A DNA stretch of 43,705 bases. It comes from Bacteroidales bacterium (GTDB lineage Bacteria > Bacteroidota > Bacteroidia > Bacteroidales > WRLA01). The stretch spans positions 1 to 43,705 of the forward strand of contig JAQUSR010000002.1 in the NCBI GenBank assembly GCA_028710155.1. The letters are read 5' to 3'. Below, in pieces: positions 35,167 through 43,705 of the stretch. Below the pieces are notes generated by a model. The model made no database searches, was not told where the DNA came from, and worked only from the letters and a program-made list of their open reading frames with translations. The translations under genes were made by a program, and so were the position numbers. Position 1 is the first letter of the stretch, and each line of letters opens with the position of its first letter.

Positions 35167-35326
35167 ATGTCCAAAAACATCGATTCCCTTTTTTCATTTA
35201 TATGTAAAAATATTCGTTTTTTTGTCAAAAAAGTTGTAATATTGCAAAAAATTTTTTTAAAGATATTTTAATATAAAAAATAGTATTACAATAAATTATA
35301 ATTCAAGTTTAACAAAATTTTATTCA

Positions 35327-36823
35327 ATGAAAAGAACATTATTACTAATTTGCATGTTGGTTATTACCGGCATGATGATGGCACAAAACATGGTATCCAA
35401 TCCCGGTTTTGAAAATTGGACCAACGGTTTACCTGATAGTTGGGTAGGTGAAAAAACAAATATTGGTAACTCCAATATTATTCAATATACCGCCAATCCA
35501 CACACAGGCACCTCAGCTTGTCAATTGGTGAATGAAACCACCTCTCACAAACGTTTTACTACAGGAGCCATCGCTCTCGTAGCCGAACAAGAATATGTGA
35601 TTACATTTTGGGTTCGTGGTGCCGGCGAAATTCGCACCGGTTTATTCGATGCTACCACAGGCGATTATGGCTACACCGATTACAATGAATACATTGTTGT
35701 TAATTCTGCAGAATGGTCACAACAAACACAAACCATCACATCAGGCGGAACCGTCAGCAATGGCGAGTTTATCTTCTCTGTTCGTAACACCGTTGCCGGC
35801 AACGACCATCTTGTTATTGATGACGTTGAAATTACCGGTGGCGTAGTGGTTTTAACCGCAAACTTTTCTGCCACTCCTAGAGTTGCCTCACCGGGTGCAA
35901 CCATTCAATGCACCGATCTTTCTTCCGGAAATCCCACGGCTTGGGAATGGGAAATCTCGGGTCCGGAAACCCTGACCTCAACTGAACAAAATCCGGCTTT
36001 TACGCTTAATATGGCAGGATTGTATAATGTTTCTCTGACTGTTTCTAACGGTTCGGAAACCAATACAAAAGTAGAAACCGGCTACATCTCTATTGCCAAT
36101 TTCCTTGTCAATCAAGATTGGAACGATTTGCAATGGAAAGGCTGGACACAAGTGAGTGTTGCCGGCGAACAAGTTTGGACTATTTCCGAAATTTACGGCA
36201 TCGATGATTCTCCTTGCATTAAAATGAGCGGTTATTCAGGAGCTCCTATCGTTAACGAAGATTGGTTAATTTCACCGTCGTTCAATTTAAATAACAACGA
36301 AAACGTAATGTTGTCATTCGAAAACGCTTATAAATACGAAGGAATAATGTTACAAGCCTTTATCTCGAACGATTATGACGGCGACCCGGAAAATGCTACA
36401 TGGCAAGAACTCCAATTTACGCCTAGCACTGGAAACTTTGCTTGGACTAATTCAGGCAATATCAATTTAGATCAATTTGAAGGCGATAATTGTTTTATCG
36501 GTTTCAAATACACTTGTGATGCTTCTGCAGCTGCCACATGGGAGTTGGATAACATTATCATTTCAACAGCTTCTGTTGCTATTGCTGAAACAAATGCCGT
36601 TGATTTTCAATTGGCACCGAATCCTTGCAACGGACAATTCAACATTACCATTGCCGAAAAAGCTAATGTTTCAGTTTTCAATGTTTTAGGTCAGATGATT
36701 CATCATCAACCTATTGAAGGAACATCATCTATTCAACTTGGTCATGTTGATGCCGGAATCTATTTGGTAAAAATTCAAACTAATACCGGAGCTACCAGTA
36801 CCCAAAAAATTATTGTTCGTTAA
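35327..36823 (+). CDS. Secreted T9SS cargo: CBM4/9-like domain, PKD domain, choice-of-anchor-J-like domain, T9SS C-terminal sorting domain
   Basis: Signal peptide ending MMAQN. NPGFENW...HLVIDDVEITG (CBM-like). LTANFSATP...GLYNVSLTVSNG (PKD). NEDWLISPSFNL (choice-of-anchor J-like). FQLAPNPCNGQFNI...GIYLVKIQT...QKIIVR (CTD). Confidence 0.8.
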   Translation: MKRTLLLICMLVITGMMMAQNMVSNPGFENWTNGLPDSWVGEKTNIGNSNIIQYTANPHTGTSACQLVNETTSHKRFTTGAIALVAEQEYVITFWVRGAGEIRTGLFDATTGDYGYTDYNEYIVVNSAEWSQQTQTITSGGTVSNGEFIFSVRNTVAGNDHLVIDDVEITGGVVVLTANFSATPRVASPGATIQCTDLSSGNPTAWEWEISGPETLTSTEQNPAFTLNMAGLYNVSLTVSNGSETNTKVETGYISIANFLVNQDWNDLQWKGWTQVSVAGEQVWTISEIYGIDDSPCIKMSGYSGAPIVNEDWLISPSFNLNNNENVMLSFENAYKYEGIMLQAFISNDYDGDPENATWQELQFTPSTGNFAWTNSGNINLDQFEGDNCFIGFKYTCDASAAATWELDNIIISTASVAIAETNAVDFQLAPNPCNGQFNITIAEKANVSVFNVLGQMIHHQPIEGTSSIQLGHVDAGIYLVKIQTNTGATSTQKIIVR

Positions 36824-36908
36824 ATGAAGGAACACCTTTCTTTGAAATATCATTATTTCGTTGTTTCTCATTATTGGAACAAAATTCCAAAATAAAATCA
36901 AAAAAAAC

Positions 36909-36954
36909 ACGCTTATCAATTGATCAAATTGTTCAATGATAAGCGTTTTTTTTC
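36909..36954 (+). terminator. Rho-independent terminator after the T9SS cargo gene
   Basis: Perfect 10-bp stem acgcttatca / tgataagcgt, followed by a 9-T run. Confidence 0.8.
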
Positions 36955-37062
36955 AAAAATCCACACAACAAAAAGCAAAATCAGACGTTAAAATAAAACC
37001 ATTTCGTTGATTATAAAACCAGCAATGGAGTGCTCATTATTCACTTTTCAATTTTTTAAACA

Positions 37063-37713
37063 ATGATTCTAAAATCATCTATCATCAACAACGTTATTTT
37101 CGACCTTGGTGGCGTTATTATGAATTTGCGATTTGATCGAATGCTTCAAGCATTTCAAAAATTGGGGATTTTTATCAATTTCGAAGCCGACTATATTCAT
37201 AACAATCAAAAAATTTTTATTGAAGATTTTGAGACCGGAAAAATGACGCCTCGACAATTTCGCGATTATCTTCGTCAAAACACACACAACGAGATTACCG
37301 ATGCCCAAATCGATGCAGCATTGAACGCCATTTTATCGGATGTTCCAACATCGCGTATTGAATTTTTGCAACAATTAAAAAAGCATTATCGTATTTTTTT
37401 GTTTAGCAATACGAATCAAATTAACGAAGATTGTTATCATCCGGCACTAAAACAAAAATTCGGATTTGATATTTTCACCGATCTTTTTGAAGAATCTTTC
37501 ATGTCTCATCATATCGGTTATCGAAAACCTTCTATAGAAGCCTTTCAATACATTTTGCAAAAACGAGGTTTAAAACCCGAAGAAACCGTTTTTATTGACG
37601 ATTTGCTCTCCAATATTGAAGGTGCTCGTAACGCCGGAATTCACGCCATTCAATTGAAAGAAGGAATGGAAATCAACGAACTTTTTAACGATAAATTTGA
37701 AATAATTTTTTAA
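37063..37713 (+). CDS. HAD-superfamily hydrolase (subfamily IA-like)
   Basis: Motif I VIFDLGGVI (DxG variant), motif II LFSNT, motif III/IV KP...FIDDLLSNIEGA. 216 aa. Confidence 0.7.
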   Translation: MILKSSIINNVIFDLGGVIMNLRFDRMLQAFQKLGIFINFEADYIHNNQKIFIEDFETGKMTPRQFRDYLRQNTHNEITDAQIDAALNAILSDVPTSRIEFLQQLKKHYRIFLFSNTNQINEDCYHPALKQKFGFDIFTDLFEESFMSHHIGYRKPSIEAFQYILQKRGLKPEETVFIDDLLSNIEGARNAGIHAIQLKEGMEINELFNDKFEIIF

Positions 37714-37728
37714 AACAACATATCAATA

Positions 37729-38361
37729 ATGGCAGTATTAGTAGGAAAAAAAGCTCCGTTTTTCGAAGCTGATGCCGTGGTGAACGGTGATGAATTTGTA
37801 GAAAAATTCTCTCTTAATCAATATATTGGAAAAAAGCACGTCCTTTTTTTCTTTTATCCTATGGATTTTACCTTTGTATGTCCCACCGAATTATTGGCTT
37901 TTCAAGAAAAATTAGAAGCTTTTGAAAAACGCAATTGCGCCGTGGTTGCATGTTCGACTGATAGTAAATTTTCTCATTGGGCATGGTTGCATACCGAATT
38001 ACGACAAGGCGGAATTAAAGGTGTAACATATCCGTTAGTATCCGATTTATCAAAATGTATCGCCGAAAATTTTGACGTTTTAGCCGGCGTGTACGATTAC
38101 GATGAAGAGGAAGAGGAAGTTACTTTTGAAGGCGACCCTGTTGCTTATCGCGGCTTATTTTTAATTGATAAACAAGGAATCATTCGTCATCAATTAGTCA
38201 ACGATTTACCTTTGGGTCGTAGCGTTGACGAAGCTCTTCGTATGGTAGATGCTTTACAATTTCACGAAGAAAACGGTGAAGTTTGTCCTGCCAATTGGCA
38301 TCAGGGATTAGAAGGCTTGCAAGCCACTCATGAAGGTGTAGCCAATTATTTAGGCAAATAA
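37729..38361 (+). CDS. Typical 2-Cys peroxiredoxin (AhpC/Prx1 subfamily)
   Basis: Peroxidatic Cys in FFFYPMDFTFVCPTE. Resolving Cys in GEVCPANW. An acidic insertion DYDEEEEEVTFEG. Confidence 0.9.
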   Translation: MAVLVGKKAPFFEADAVVNGDEFVEKFSLNQYIGKKHVLFFFYPMDFTFVCPTELLAFQEKLEAFEKRNCAVVACSTDSKFSHWAWLHTELRQGGIKGVTYPLVSDLSKCIAENFDVLAGVYDYDEEEEEVTFEGDPVAYRGLFLIDKQGIIRHQLVNDLPLGRSVDEALRMVDALQFHEENGEVCPANWHQGLEGLQATHEGVANYLGK

Positions 38362-38455
38362 TTTTGTTCAATTTATATTTAACAGCCCTCTAACATTCAT
38401 TGTACGTTTCATGACATACGTTTGAAATTTGAAAAGGGTTTTATTTGATTTGACC

Positions 38456-39631
38456 ATGAATAAACTTTGGTGGATTATCGGTATGTTGTGTTGTTTACTG
38501 TCAGCATGTAGTACCGATTCAATAAAACGTGCCGAATTTGCAAATATTCAATTATCGCTCACCAATGGCGCTTTACAAAAAGTTGTTGTAGAACGAATTG
38601 ATCCCTCTGAAATAATCACCATAGACTCGGTGTTATGCGATCATCAAGGGAACGCTCTCATCAGAATTGCCCCTGAAGGAATTGAAATGTTGTTATTGCA
38701 ATTTTCCAATCACACCACCATTCCAGTGTTGATAACAAAGAATAGTAATATTTCAATATCAGCAGATTATAAAAATATCAGCACCTCTTTTACCGTCGAA
38801 GGCGGCTTGGAATCGGAATACATTACCTCCTATTTTAAACGTTTTTTTCAAGATCAACAACAATCTGATAGTTTAGCCCACTTATTGAATCAAGTTGATT
38901 TTACTACTGATGACGCATCGAATCGCAATAAACTCATCAATTCTTTTAATCGTCTTTTCCTACAACATCACCTTTTTGCCGATAGCATGATTCGTTGTCA
39001 TCCATCAGCATTATCCAATTTATTAATTCTTTATCAAAGTATTGGAAATCAACGAATTTTTAATTATAATTCCGATTCTACATTGTTTTTCTTGGTAGAT
39101 GATTCGTTGACTAAATATTATCCTGAAAACGCTCATGTGCTCAAAAATCATGAACGTATCAGCGAATTTCGAAAAACACTTGCCATGCGACAAATAGCCA
39201 ATCAAAGGTTACAAGTTGGCAACGCTGCTCCCGATTTTTCTTTACCGGATATTCAAGACCAACCTTTTACATTGAATAGTTTACGTGGAAAAACTGTTTT
39301 AATTGTTTTTTGGGCTTCGTGGGATATGAAATTCAAAAGCCATTTAGAAATATTGAAAACCATGTATCAAGATTATAAAAAGTACGGTTTCGAGATTGTG
39401 GCAGTTTCGATGGATGAAACAAAAGAATTTTGGCAAAATGCTGTAACAGCTCAAAAAACATCATGGATCAATGTTTCTGATTTAAAAAACACGCATTCTC
39501 CACTCGTCAAAATGTATAATTTGAATGACGATCTTCCCATTTTTTATTTAATCGATGAAAACGGAATCATTATAGCTCAACAACCCTCAATGCGTGAGAT
39601 AGATGATTTGTTATACGAAAAATTGATGTAA
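38456..39631 (+). CDS. TlpA/ResA-like thioredoxin-fold lipoprotein lacking the CXXC active site
   Basis: Lipobox LLSAC. N-terminal ~230-aa domain, then a thioredoxin fold in which the canonical FWASWCxPC reads FWASWDMKFKSH. The rest of the fold is conserved (GFEIVAVSMDE, WINVSDL, PIFYLIDENGIIIA). ATG at 38456 is preferred over TTG at 38429. Confidence 0.75.
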   Translation: MNKLWWIIGMLCCLLSACSTDSIKRAEFANIQLSLTNGALQKVVVERIDPSEIITIDSVLCDHQGNALIRIAPEGIEMLLLQFSNHTTIPVLITKNSNISISADYKNISTSFTVEGGLESEYITSYFKRFFQDQQQSDSLAHLLNQVDFTTDDASNRNKLINSFNRLFLQHHLFADSMIRCHPSALSNLLILYQSIGNQRIFNYNSDSTLFFLVDDSLTKYYPENAHVLKNHERISEFRKTLAMRQIANQRLQVGNAAPDFSLPDIQDQPFTLNSLRGKTVLIVFWASWDMKFKSHLEILKTMYQDYKKYGFEIVAVSMDETKEFWQNAVTAQKTSWINVSDLKNTHSPLVKMYNLNDDLPIFYLIDENGIIIAQQPSMREIDDLLYEKLM

Positions 39632-39663
39632 TCATTTTTTGTATTTTATACATTATCAACATT

Positions 39664-40467
39664 ATGGCAAATATTCCTTTTTACAAATTTCACGGCACCG
39701 GTAACGATTTTATTTTAATTGACCAACGAGCTGAAAACTATCATCTTACTACAGAAAAGATCCAACAATTATGTCATCGGCATATCGGCATCGGAGCCGA
39801 TGGTTTAATAGCATTGCAAAATGCAGAATCTGTAGATTTTGAAATGAAATTTTGGAATAGTGACGGCTCCAACAGCATGATGTGCGGCAACGGAGGTCGT
39901 TGTATTGTGGCATTAGCAAATATGTTGAAAATTTTTGAGCAACAATGTACTTTCTTAGCTCCGGACGGAATCCATCACGCCTCTATTGAAGAAGACTATA
40001 ACCATATCAAAACCATTGCATTATCAATGCATCAATCAGAGTTACCTATACCTTATAATAAAGATAGTTTTTTTGTTCATACAGGAACGCCACATTTTGT
40101 AGTTTTTGTTTCCGAAATTTTCGACATCGATGTTGTGCCTAAAGGGCGACAATTACGCTATGATGAACGATTTGCACCACAAGGAATTAATGTTGATTTT
40201 GTGAAGGTCATGGCTACAAATCATCTATACGTTCGCACGTATGAAAGAGGTGTTGAAGACGAAACGCTTTCGTGCGGCACGGGCGTTACGGCAGCTGCAC
40301 TTGCATACGTTTCGCAACAACACACCATTTCACCATTAACAACGATTAAAGTAGAAACCCCGGGTGGTTCATTATTGGTTAAAATTGATAATACCGATAG
40401 CATTCATCCTTCTCTTCAATTAATAGGTCCGGCCGTTTGTCTTTATCAAGGAATTTATAATGAATAA
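39664..40467 (+). CDS. dapF: Diaminopimelate epimerase
   Basis: FYKFHGTGNDFILID. Catalytic Cys motifs MCGNGGRC and SCGTGVTA. 267 aa. Confidence 0.95.
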   Translation: MANIPFYKFHGTGNDFILIDQRAENYHLTTEKIQQLCHRHIGIGADGLIALQNAESVDFEMKFWNSDGSNSMMCGNGGRCIVALANMLKIFEQQCTFLAPDGIHHASIEEDYNHIKTIALSMHQSELPIPYNKDSFFVHTGTPHFVVFVSEIFDIDVVPKGRQLRYDERFAPQGINVDFVKVMATNHLYVRTYERGVEDETLSCGTGVTAAALAYVSQQHTISPLTTIKVETPGGSLLVKIDNTDSIHPSLQLIGPAVCLYQGIYNE

Positions 40468-40541
40468 ATTATACTAATAATCAAACAATTGTCCATCCAA
40501 TTAAGTTTTACAAAGACAAGACAATTTAAGATGAATTGCAT

Positions 40542-40549
40542 TACCTTTG
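40542..40549 (+). promoter_or_regulatory. -7 box TAccTTTG for the GNAT gene
   Basis: gcatTACCTTTGCAat, 42 nt upstream of the ATG at 40591. Confidence 0.55.
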
Positions 40550-40590
40550 CAATATAGTTTTTAAATACTAACATGCTTTATTAATAAAAT

Positions 40591-41112
40591 ATGACAGGAG
40601 AAAAAGTTTTTCTACGAGCTGTTGAAAAATCAGATGCACAAACCTTATATTTATGGGAAAATGATCCGGAAACATGGCAATATGGTACTTTATCTGCACC
40701 ATTTAGTCATTATCAAATTGAACGCTATGTAGAAAAAGCCAATAATGACCTTTTTGCAACGCATCAACTACGCTTAATGATTGAATGCAAAAACACCTAT
40801 ACCACCATCGGATCCGCCGACCTTTTTGCCTTTGATTCACGAAATAGTCGTGTTGGTGTTGGATTATTGCTTCAAAAAGAGTTTCGTCATCAAGGATACG
40901 GCTATGATGCACTTCAAATTTTGATGCGTTATTGCTTTCAACGTCTCTCCATTCATCAAATGTGGTGTAACATCATGGAAGATAATGAAGTAAGTATCCG
41001 TTTATTTCAAAAAGCAGGTTTTCAATTGGTGGGCATCAAAAAAGATTGGCAATTTCGCAATCATCAATGGAAAAACGAATTGTTGTTTCAATACATCAAT
41101 AAAGAGATCTAA
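40591..41112 (+). CDS. GNAT-family N-acetyltransferase (RimJ/RimL-like)
   Basis: 173 aa. The acetyl-CoA binding region reads QKEFRHQGYGYDAL (the Q/RxxGxG/A type). Confidence 0.75.
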   Translation: MTGEKVFLRAVEKSDAQTLYLWENDPETWQYGTLSAPFSHYQIERYVEKANNDLFATHQLRLMIECKNTYTTIGSADLFAFDSRNSRVGVGLLLQKEFRHQGYGYDALQILMRYCFQRLSIHQMWCNIMEDNEVSIRLFQKAGFQLVGIKKDWQFRNHQWKNELLFQYINKEI

Positions 41113-41135
41113 CCAGTGGATTAACTGATTATTCA

Positions 41136-42167
41136 ATGAAGAAAAAAAAGAAAATCATTGGCTTCATCTGCGGGGTTATTTTGTTGATCTTGTTGATTGG
41201 CGGAGGCATATTTTATCAATGTTGGAAATACGCTTTTAGTCCCAATGTTATCATTTCACAAGATGTTTTTTTTGTTCATATTCCCACTAATTCCACTTTC
41301 CAAGTTTTAAAAGATACATTAACCAAACATCATATTTTGATTCATCCTTCATCGTTTCAATGGTTAGCAGAAAAGAAACATTTTACCGAAAAAATTCCGG
41401 CCGGTCGCTATAAAATTACTAACGGGATGAGTAACAATGATTTGATCAATAAAATTCGATCCGGCACTCAAGATCCGGTGAATGTTATGTTTAACAATAT
41501 TGATAACTTAGAAGAATTGGCACAATGTGTATCTCGTCAAATTGAAGCCGATGATGATGAATTATTGAATTTAATGTCTGATTCAATTTTTTTGCAACAA
41601 TTTGGTGTAACACCTACTACCGTTTTTACGCTTTTTATACCAAATACATATCAATTTTATTGGAATACTTCCGCCAAAGCTTTCATCAACCGAATGAAAA
41701 CAGAAAGCGATAAATTTTGGAATGCCGATAGACAATCCTTAGCAAAAAGCATTCAATTATCTCGTAATGATGTTGTTACATTAGCTTCTATTGTCGAAAA
41801 AGAGACTTCTTTTCAAAATGAGAAAGCTACCATAGCAGGTGTTTATATGAATCGGTTACATTCAAATTGGCCTCTTCAAGCCGATCCTACTTTAAAATTT
41901 GCCGTTGGAGATCCTACACTCAAACGTATTCTTAATAGTCATAAATTGATTGATTCTCCATATAACACCTATTTGTATCTCGGATTACCGCCGGGACCTA
42001 TTTGCCTTCCTTCCATCTCTTCTATCGATGGTGTTTTTCATTACGAACGAAGTTATTATTATTATTTTTGCGCCAAGCCTGATTTATCGGGTCATGTTTT
42101 TTCCAAAACTTTAGCAGAACATAATCGCAATGCAGCCATTTATCGAAAAGCACAATTTAATCATTAA
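41136..42167 (+). CDS. mltG: Endolytic murein transglycosylase MltG (YceG-like)
   Basis: Single N-terminal TM segment. Catalytic-Glu block LASIVEKET. YNTYLYLGLPPGPICLP. 343 aa. Confidence 0.9.
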   Translation: MKKKKKIIGFICGVILLILLIGGGIFYQCWKYAFSPNVIISQDVFFVHIPTNSTFQVLKDTLTKHHILIHPSSFQWLAEKKHFTEKIPAGRYKITNGMSNNDLINKIRSGTQDPVNVMFNNIDNLEELAQCVSRQIEADDDELLNLMSDSIFLQQFGVTPTTVFTLFIPNTYQFYWNTSAKAFINRMKTESDKFWNADRQSLAKSIQLSRNDVVTLASIVEKETSFQNEKATIAGVYMNRLHSNWPLQADPTLKFAVGDPTLKRILNSHKLIDSPYNTYLYLGLPPGPICLPSISSIDGVFHYERSYYYYFCAKPDLSGHVFSKTLAEHNRNAAIYRKAQFNH

Positions 42168-42788
42168 CTATTGATTATTGCGATATACCTCGTAGCCTTT
42201 TGGAATGGAAAACAATCGTTTATCCACTTTCTCTTCTTGTACTTTAACCGCTGAAAACAACAATCGGACTCCTTTCATATACATCTCATATTCTAAAGGA
42301 AAACCATTGATATTTCTAAAGACAGCGTGCATTTGATAAGCGTTGCCGGCATTGATTTCCGGTGTATAATACAAACTTTGCACCACCTCTTCCTGATTTA
42401 AAAAATATTTGACTACCTTTTTTTGGCAAACATATCCTGCAATTATTTTGGTTTCAGAGGTGGAATCTATCGTTAATTGTTTGATTTTTTCATTTTGCAA
42501 AATTTCAGCCGATGTTTGAACGATAGCAACCCTTTTTCCTCCTTCCACAAAAAGCGACAACGTTTTTTCGATGCCATTATAAAGGGCTATTTGCCCCATC
42601 AAATCTTCACGAATCATTCCATTGCGAACAAGAACTGTCATCTTTTCCGGAATAGCTGATGCAACAATCGGGCTGACATCGCCTTCCATCATTATTTCAT
42701 ATTCGATTTTCCCTGAAAATGATTTTTGTGCCGCAAGTATTTCTACCAACAGCATCCAAAAAAATAAACCCAAAAAGCGAATTTTCAT
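42168..42788 (-). CDS. Secreted hypothetical protein (206 aa)
   Basis: Signal peptide MKIRFLGLFFWMLLVEILAAQ. No recognisable motifs. Its stop codon abuts the mltG stop. Confidence 0.55.
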   Translation of the reverse strand: MKIRFLGLFFWMLLVEILAAQKSFSGKIEYEIMMEGDVSPIVASAIPEKMTVLVRNGMIREDLMGQIALYNGIEKTLSLFVEGGKRVAIVQTSAEILQNEKIKQLTIDSTSETKIIAGYVCQKKVVKYFLNQEEVVQSLYYTPEINAGNAYQMHAVFRNINGFPLEYEMYMKGVRLLFSAVKVQEEKVDKRLFSIPKGYEVYRNNQ

Positions 42789-42803
42789 TGTATTATATTA
42801 AAA

Positions 42804-42827
42804 GAGACGAAGCACATACTTCGTCTC
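42804..42827 (-). terminator. Probable intrinsic terminator after lepB
   Basis: Stem gagacgaag / cttcgtctc (9 bp) with a 6-nt loop, followed on the minus strand by UUUU. Confidence 0.55.
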
Positions 42828-42848
42828 ATCATTTTTTTATTTCAATTT

Positions 42849-43705
42849 TTAATCAGGAATGGAAAACAAGCGGTTCCAACGAATACCACCATTAAATAGC
42901 GGTGCATCTTTATCTTTCGACATAAAAATCAATAGTGGTGTTCCTACTACATGGTCTTCCGGAACTAAACCAAAATAACGAGCATCTAACGAATTGTGCC
43001 GATTATCGCCCTGCATCCAATAATAATCCATTTTAAATGTGTAATTATCAGCAACCTGTCCGTTGAGATATACTTTATCGTCTTTAGTTTCCAATGTGTT
43101 GTTTTCATAAACTTCGATACAACGACCATACAACTGTAAATTTTCTTTGGTCAACGGAATAGTAACTCCTTTTTGTGGAATCCACAATGGACCGAAATTG
43201 TCCAAATTCCAATGCCAAGCCGTATCAAAGGGAAAAATATCGGGTTCGCCAACACCTTTTTGCGGAGTCAATCGTTCCACTTGAGCTACATTCGGCAAGG
43301 CTTTCACCTGTTCCACCATTTCGTCGGTTAATTGCAAAATATGATACGCTTTATAAACCTGAATATCTTCAGATGAAATTTTTAATTGACGTAATTTATT
43401 GTCGCTGATAGGATATTCTTTGGTATGAATCAAATAGCTGGTTTGCATCATTTCCGGATTTTCACCCATTTTTCCATTGATGTAAATTTGTTGATCTTTG
43501 ATTTGTATCGAATCTCCGGCAATTGCTACACAACGTTTTACATAATTTTCACGTTTATCGACCGGACGGCTGATGATATTGAAATTTTTCCAAATATAAT
43601 CGCGTCCCATTCCTTTGTGATAACGCGCACCCAACTGCTCTTCAAAAGCACGCTCGGCTTCACGAACTACGCGGCAATAGTCTTCATTTTGTCGTTCAAC
43701 GATGA
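42849..43705 (-). CDS. lepB: Signal peptidase I (S26), C-terminal part; the N-terminus lies outside the window
   Basis: Frame open to the window edge. Box D VKRCVAIAGD. Box E GDNRHNSLDARYFGLVPEDHVVG. Confidence 0.9.
   Translation of the reverse strand, partial: IVERQNEDYCRVVREAERAFEEQLGARYHKGMGRDYIWKNFNIISRPVDKRENYVKRCVAIAGDSIQIKDQQIYINGKMGENPEMMQTSYLIHTKEYPISDNKLRQLKISSEDIQVYKAYHILQLTDEMVEQVKALPNVAQVERLTPQKGVGEPDIFPFDTAWHWNLDNFGPLWIPQKGVTIPLTKENLQLYGRCIEVYENNTLETKDDKVYLNGQVADNYTFKMDYYWMQGDNRHNSLDARYFGLVPEDHVVGTPLLIFMSKDKDAPLFNGGIRWNRLFSIPD

Noticed and set aside
35025-35228. 67-aa minus-strand ORF.
   Set aside because: It runs antisense straight through the tRNA-Arg gene, its promoter and its terminator, so it is spurious.
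1-43705. Window-wide look for CRISPR arrays, IS elements or inverted terminal repeats, rRNA, and known defence-system hallmarks (nucleases, helicase or methylase pairs, reverse transcriptase, cyclases).
   Set aside because: I noticed no regularly spaced repeats. No transposase, integrase or RT-like ORF is in the track. All long ORFs are accounted for by housekeeping or envelope functions. This was a visual scan, not a computed repeat search, so short or degenerate repeats could have been missed.

Overview
AT-rich chromosomal segment from a Bacteroidota-type genome. The phylum call rests on two proteins ending in T9SS C-terminal sorting domains, TAnnTTTG -7 promoter boxes upstream of many genes and both tRNAs, mostly absent Shine-Dalgarno sequences, and a glsA/glsB-like glycine-lipid gene pair. 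I support about 40 intact CDS, 2 tRNAs, 1 eroded pseudogene, and a set of intrinsic terminators and promoter boxes.

Most of the window is housekeeping: trpS (partial), an LpxL-like acyltransferase, engB, rlmI, mgsA, thrS-infC-rpmI-rplT, ychF, hisS, queA, pssA, udk, topA, dapF, mltG and lepB (partial). I saw no CRISPR array, IS element, transposase, integrase, rRNA or recognisable defence or toxin system, and no single clear-cut novel system stands out.

The best candidates for undescribed biology, all inferential:
- A peptide-deformylase homologue with a lipoprotein signal peptide, apparently co-transcribed with a CDF metal exporter.
- A self-contained lipoprotein plus PorP/SprF-like beta-barrel module.
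- A four-gene SPFH / membrane-PH-like / ribbon-helix-helix / mgsA operon.
- An arginase-fold protein with substituted Mn ligands in the topA-udk operon.
- A TlpA-like thioredoxin-fold lipoprotein that has lost its CXXC motif, downstream of a 2-Cys peroxiredoxin.
- A heavily eroded purH relic.
- A tRNA-Arg with a compensated A19:U56 elbow pair.

All homology statements come from reading motifs by eye. No searches were run.
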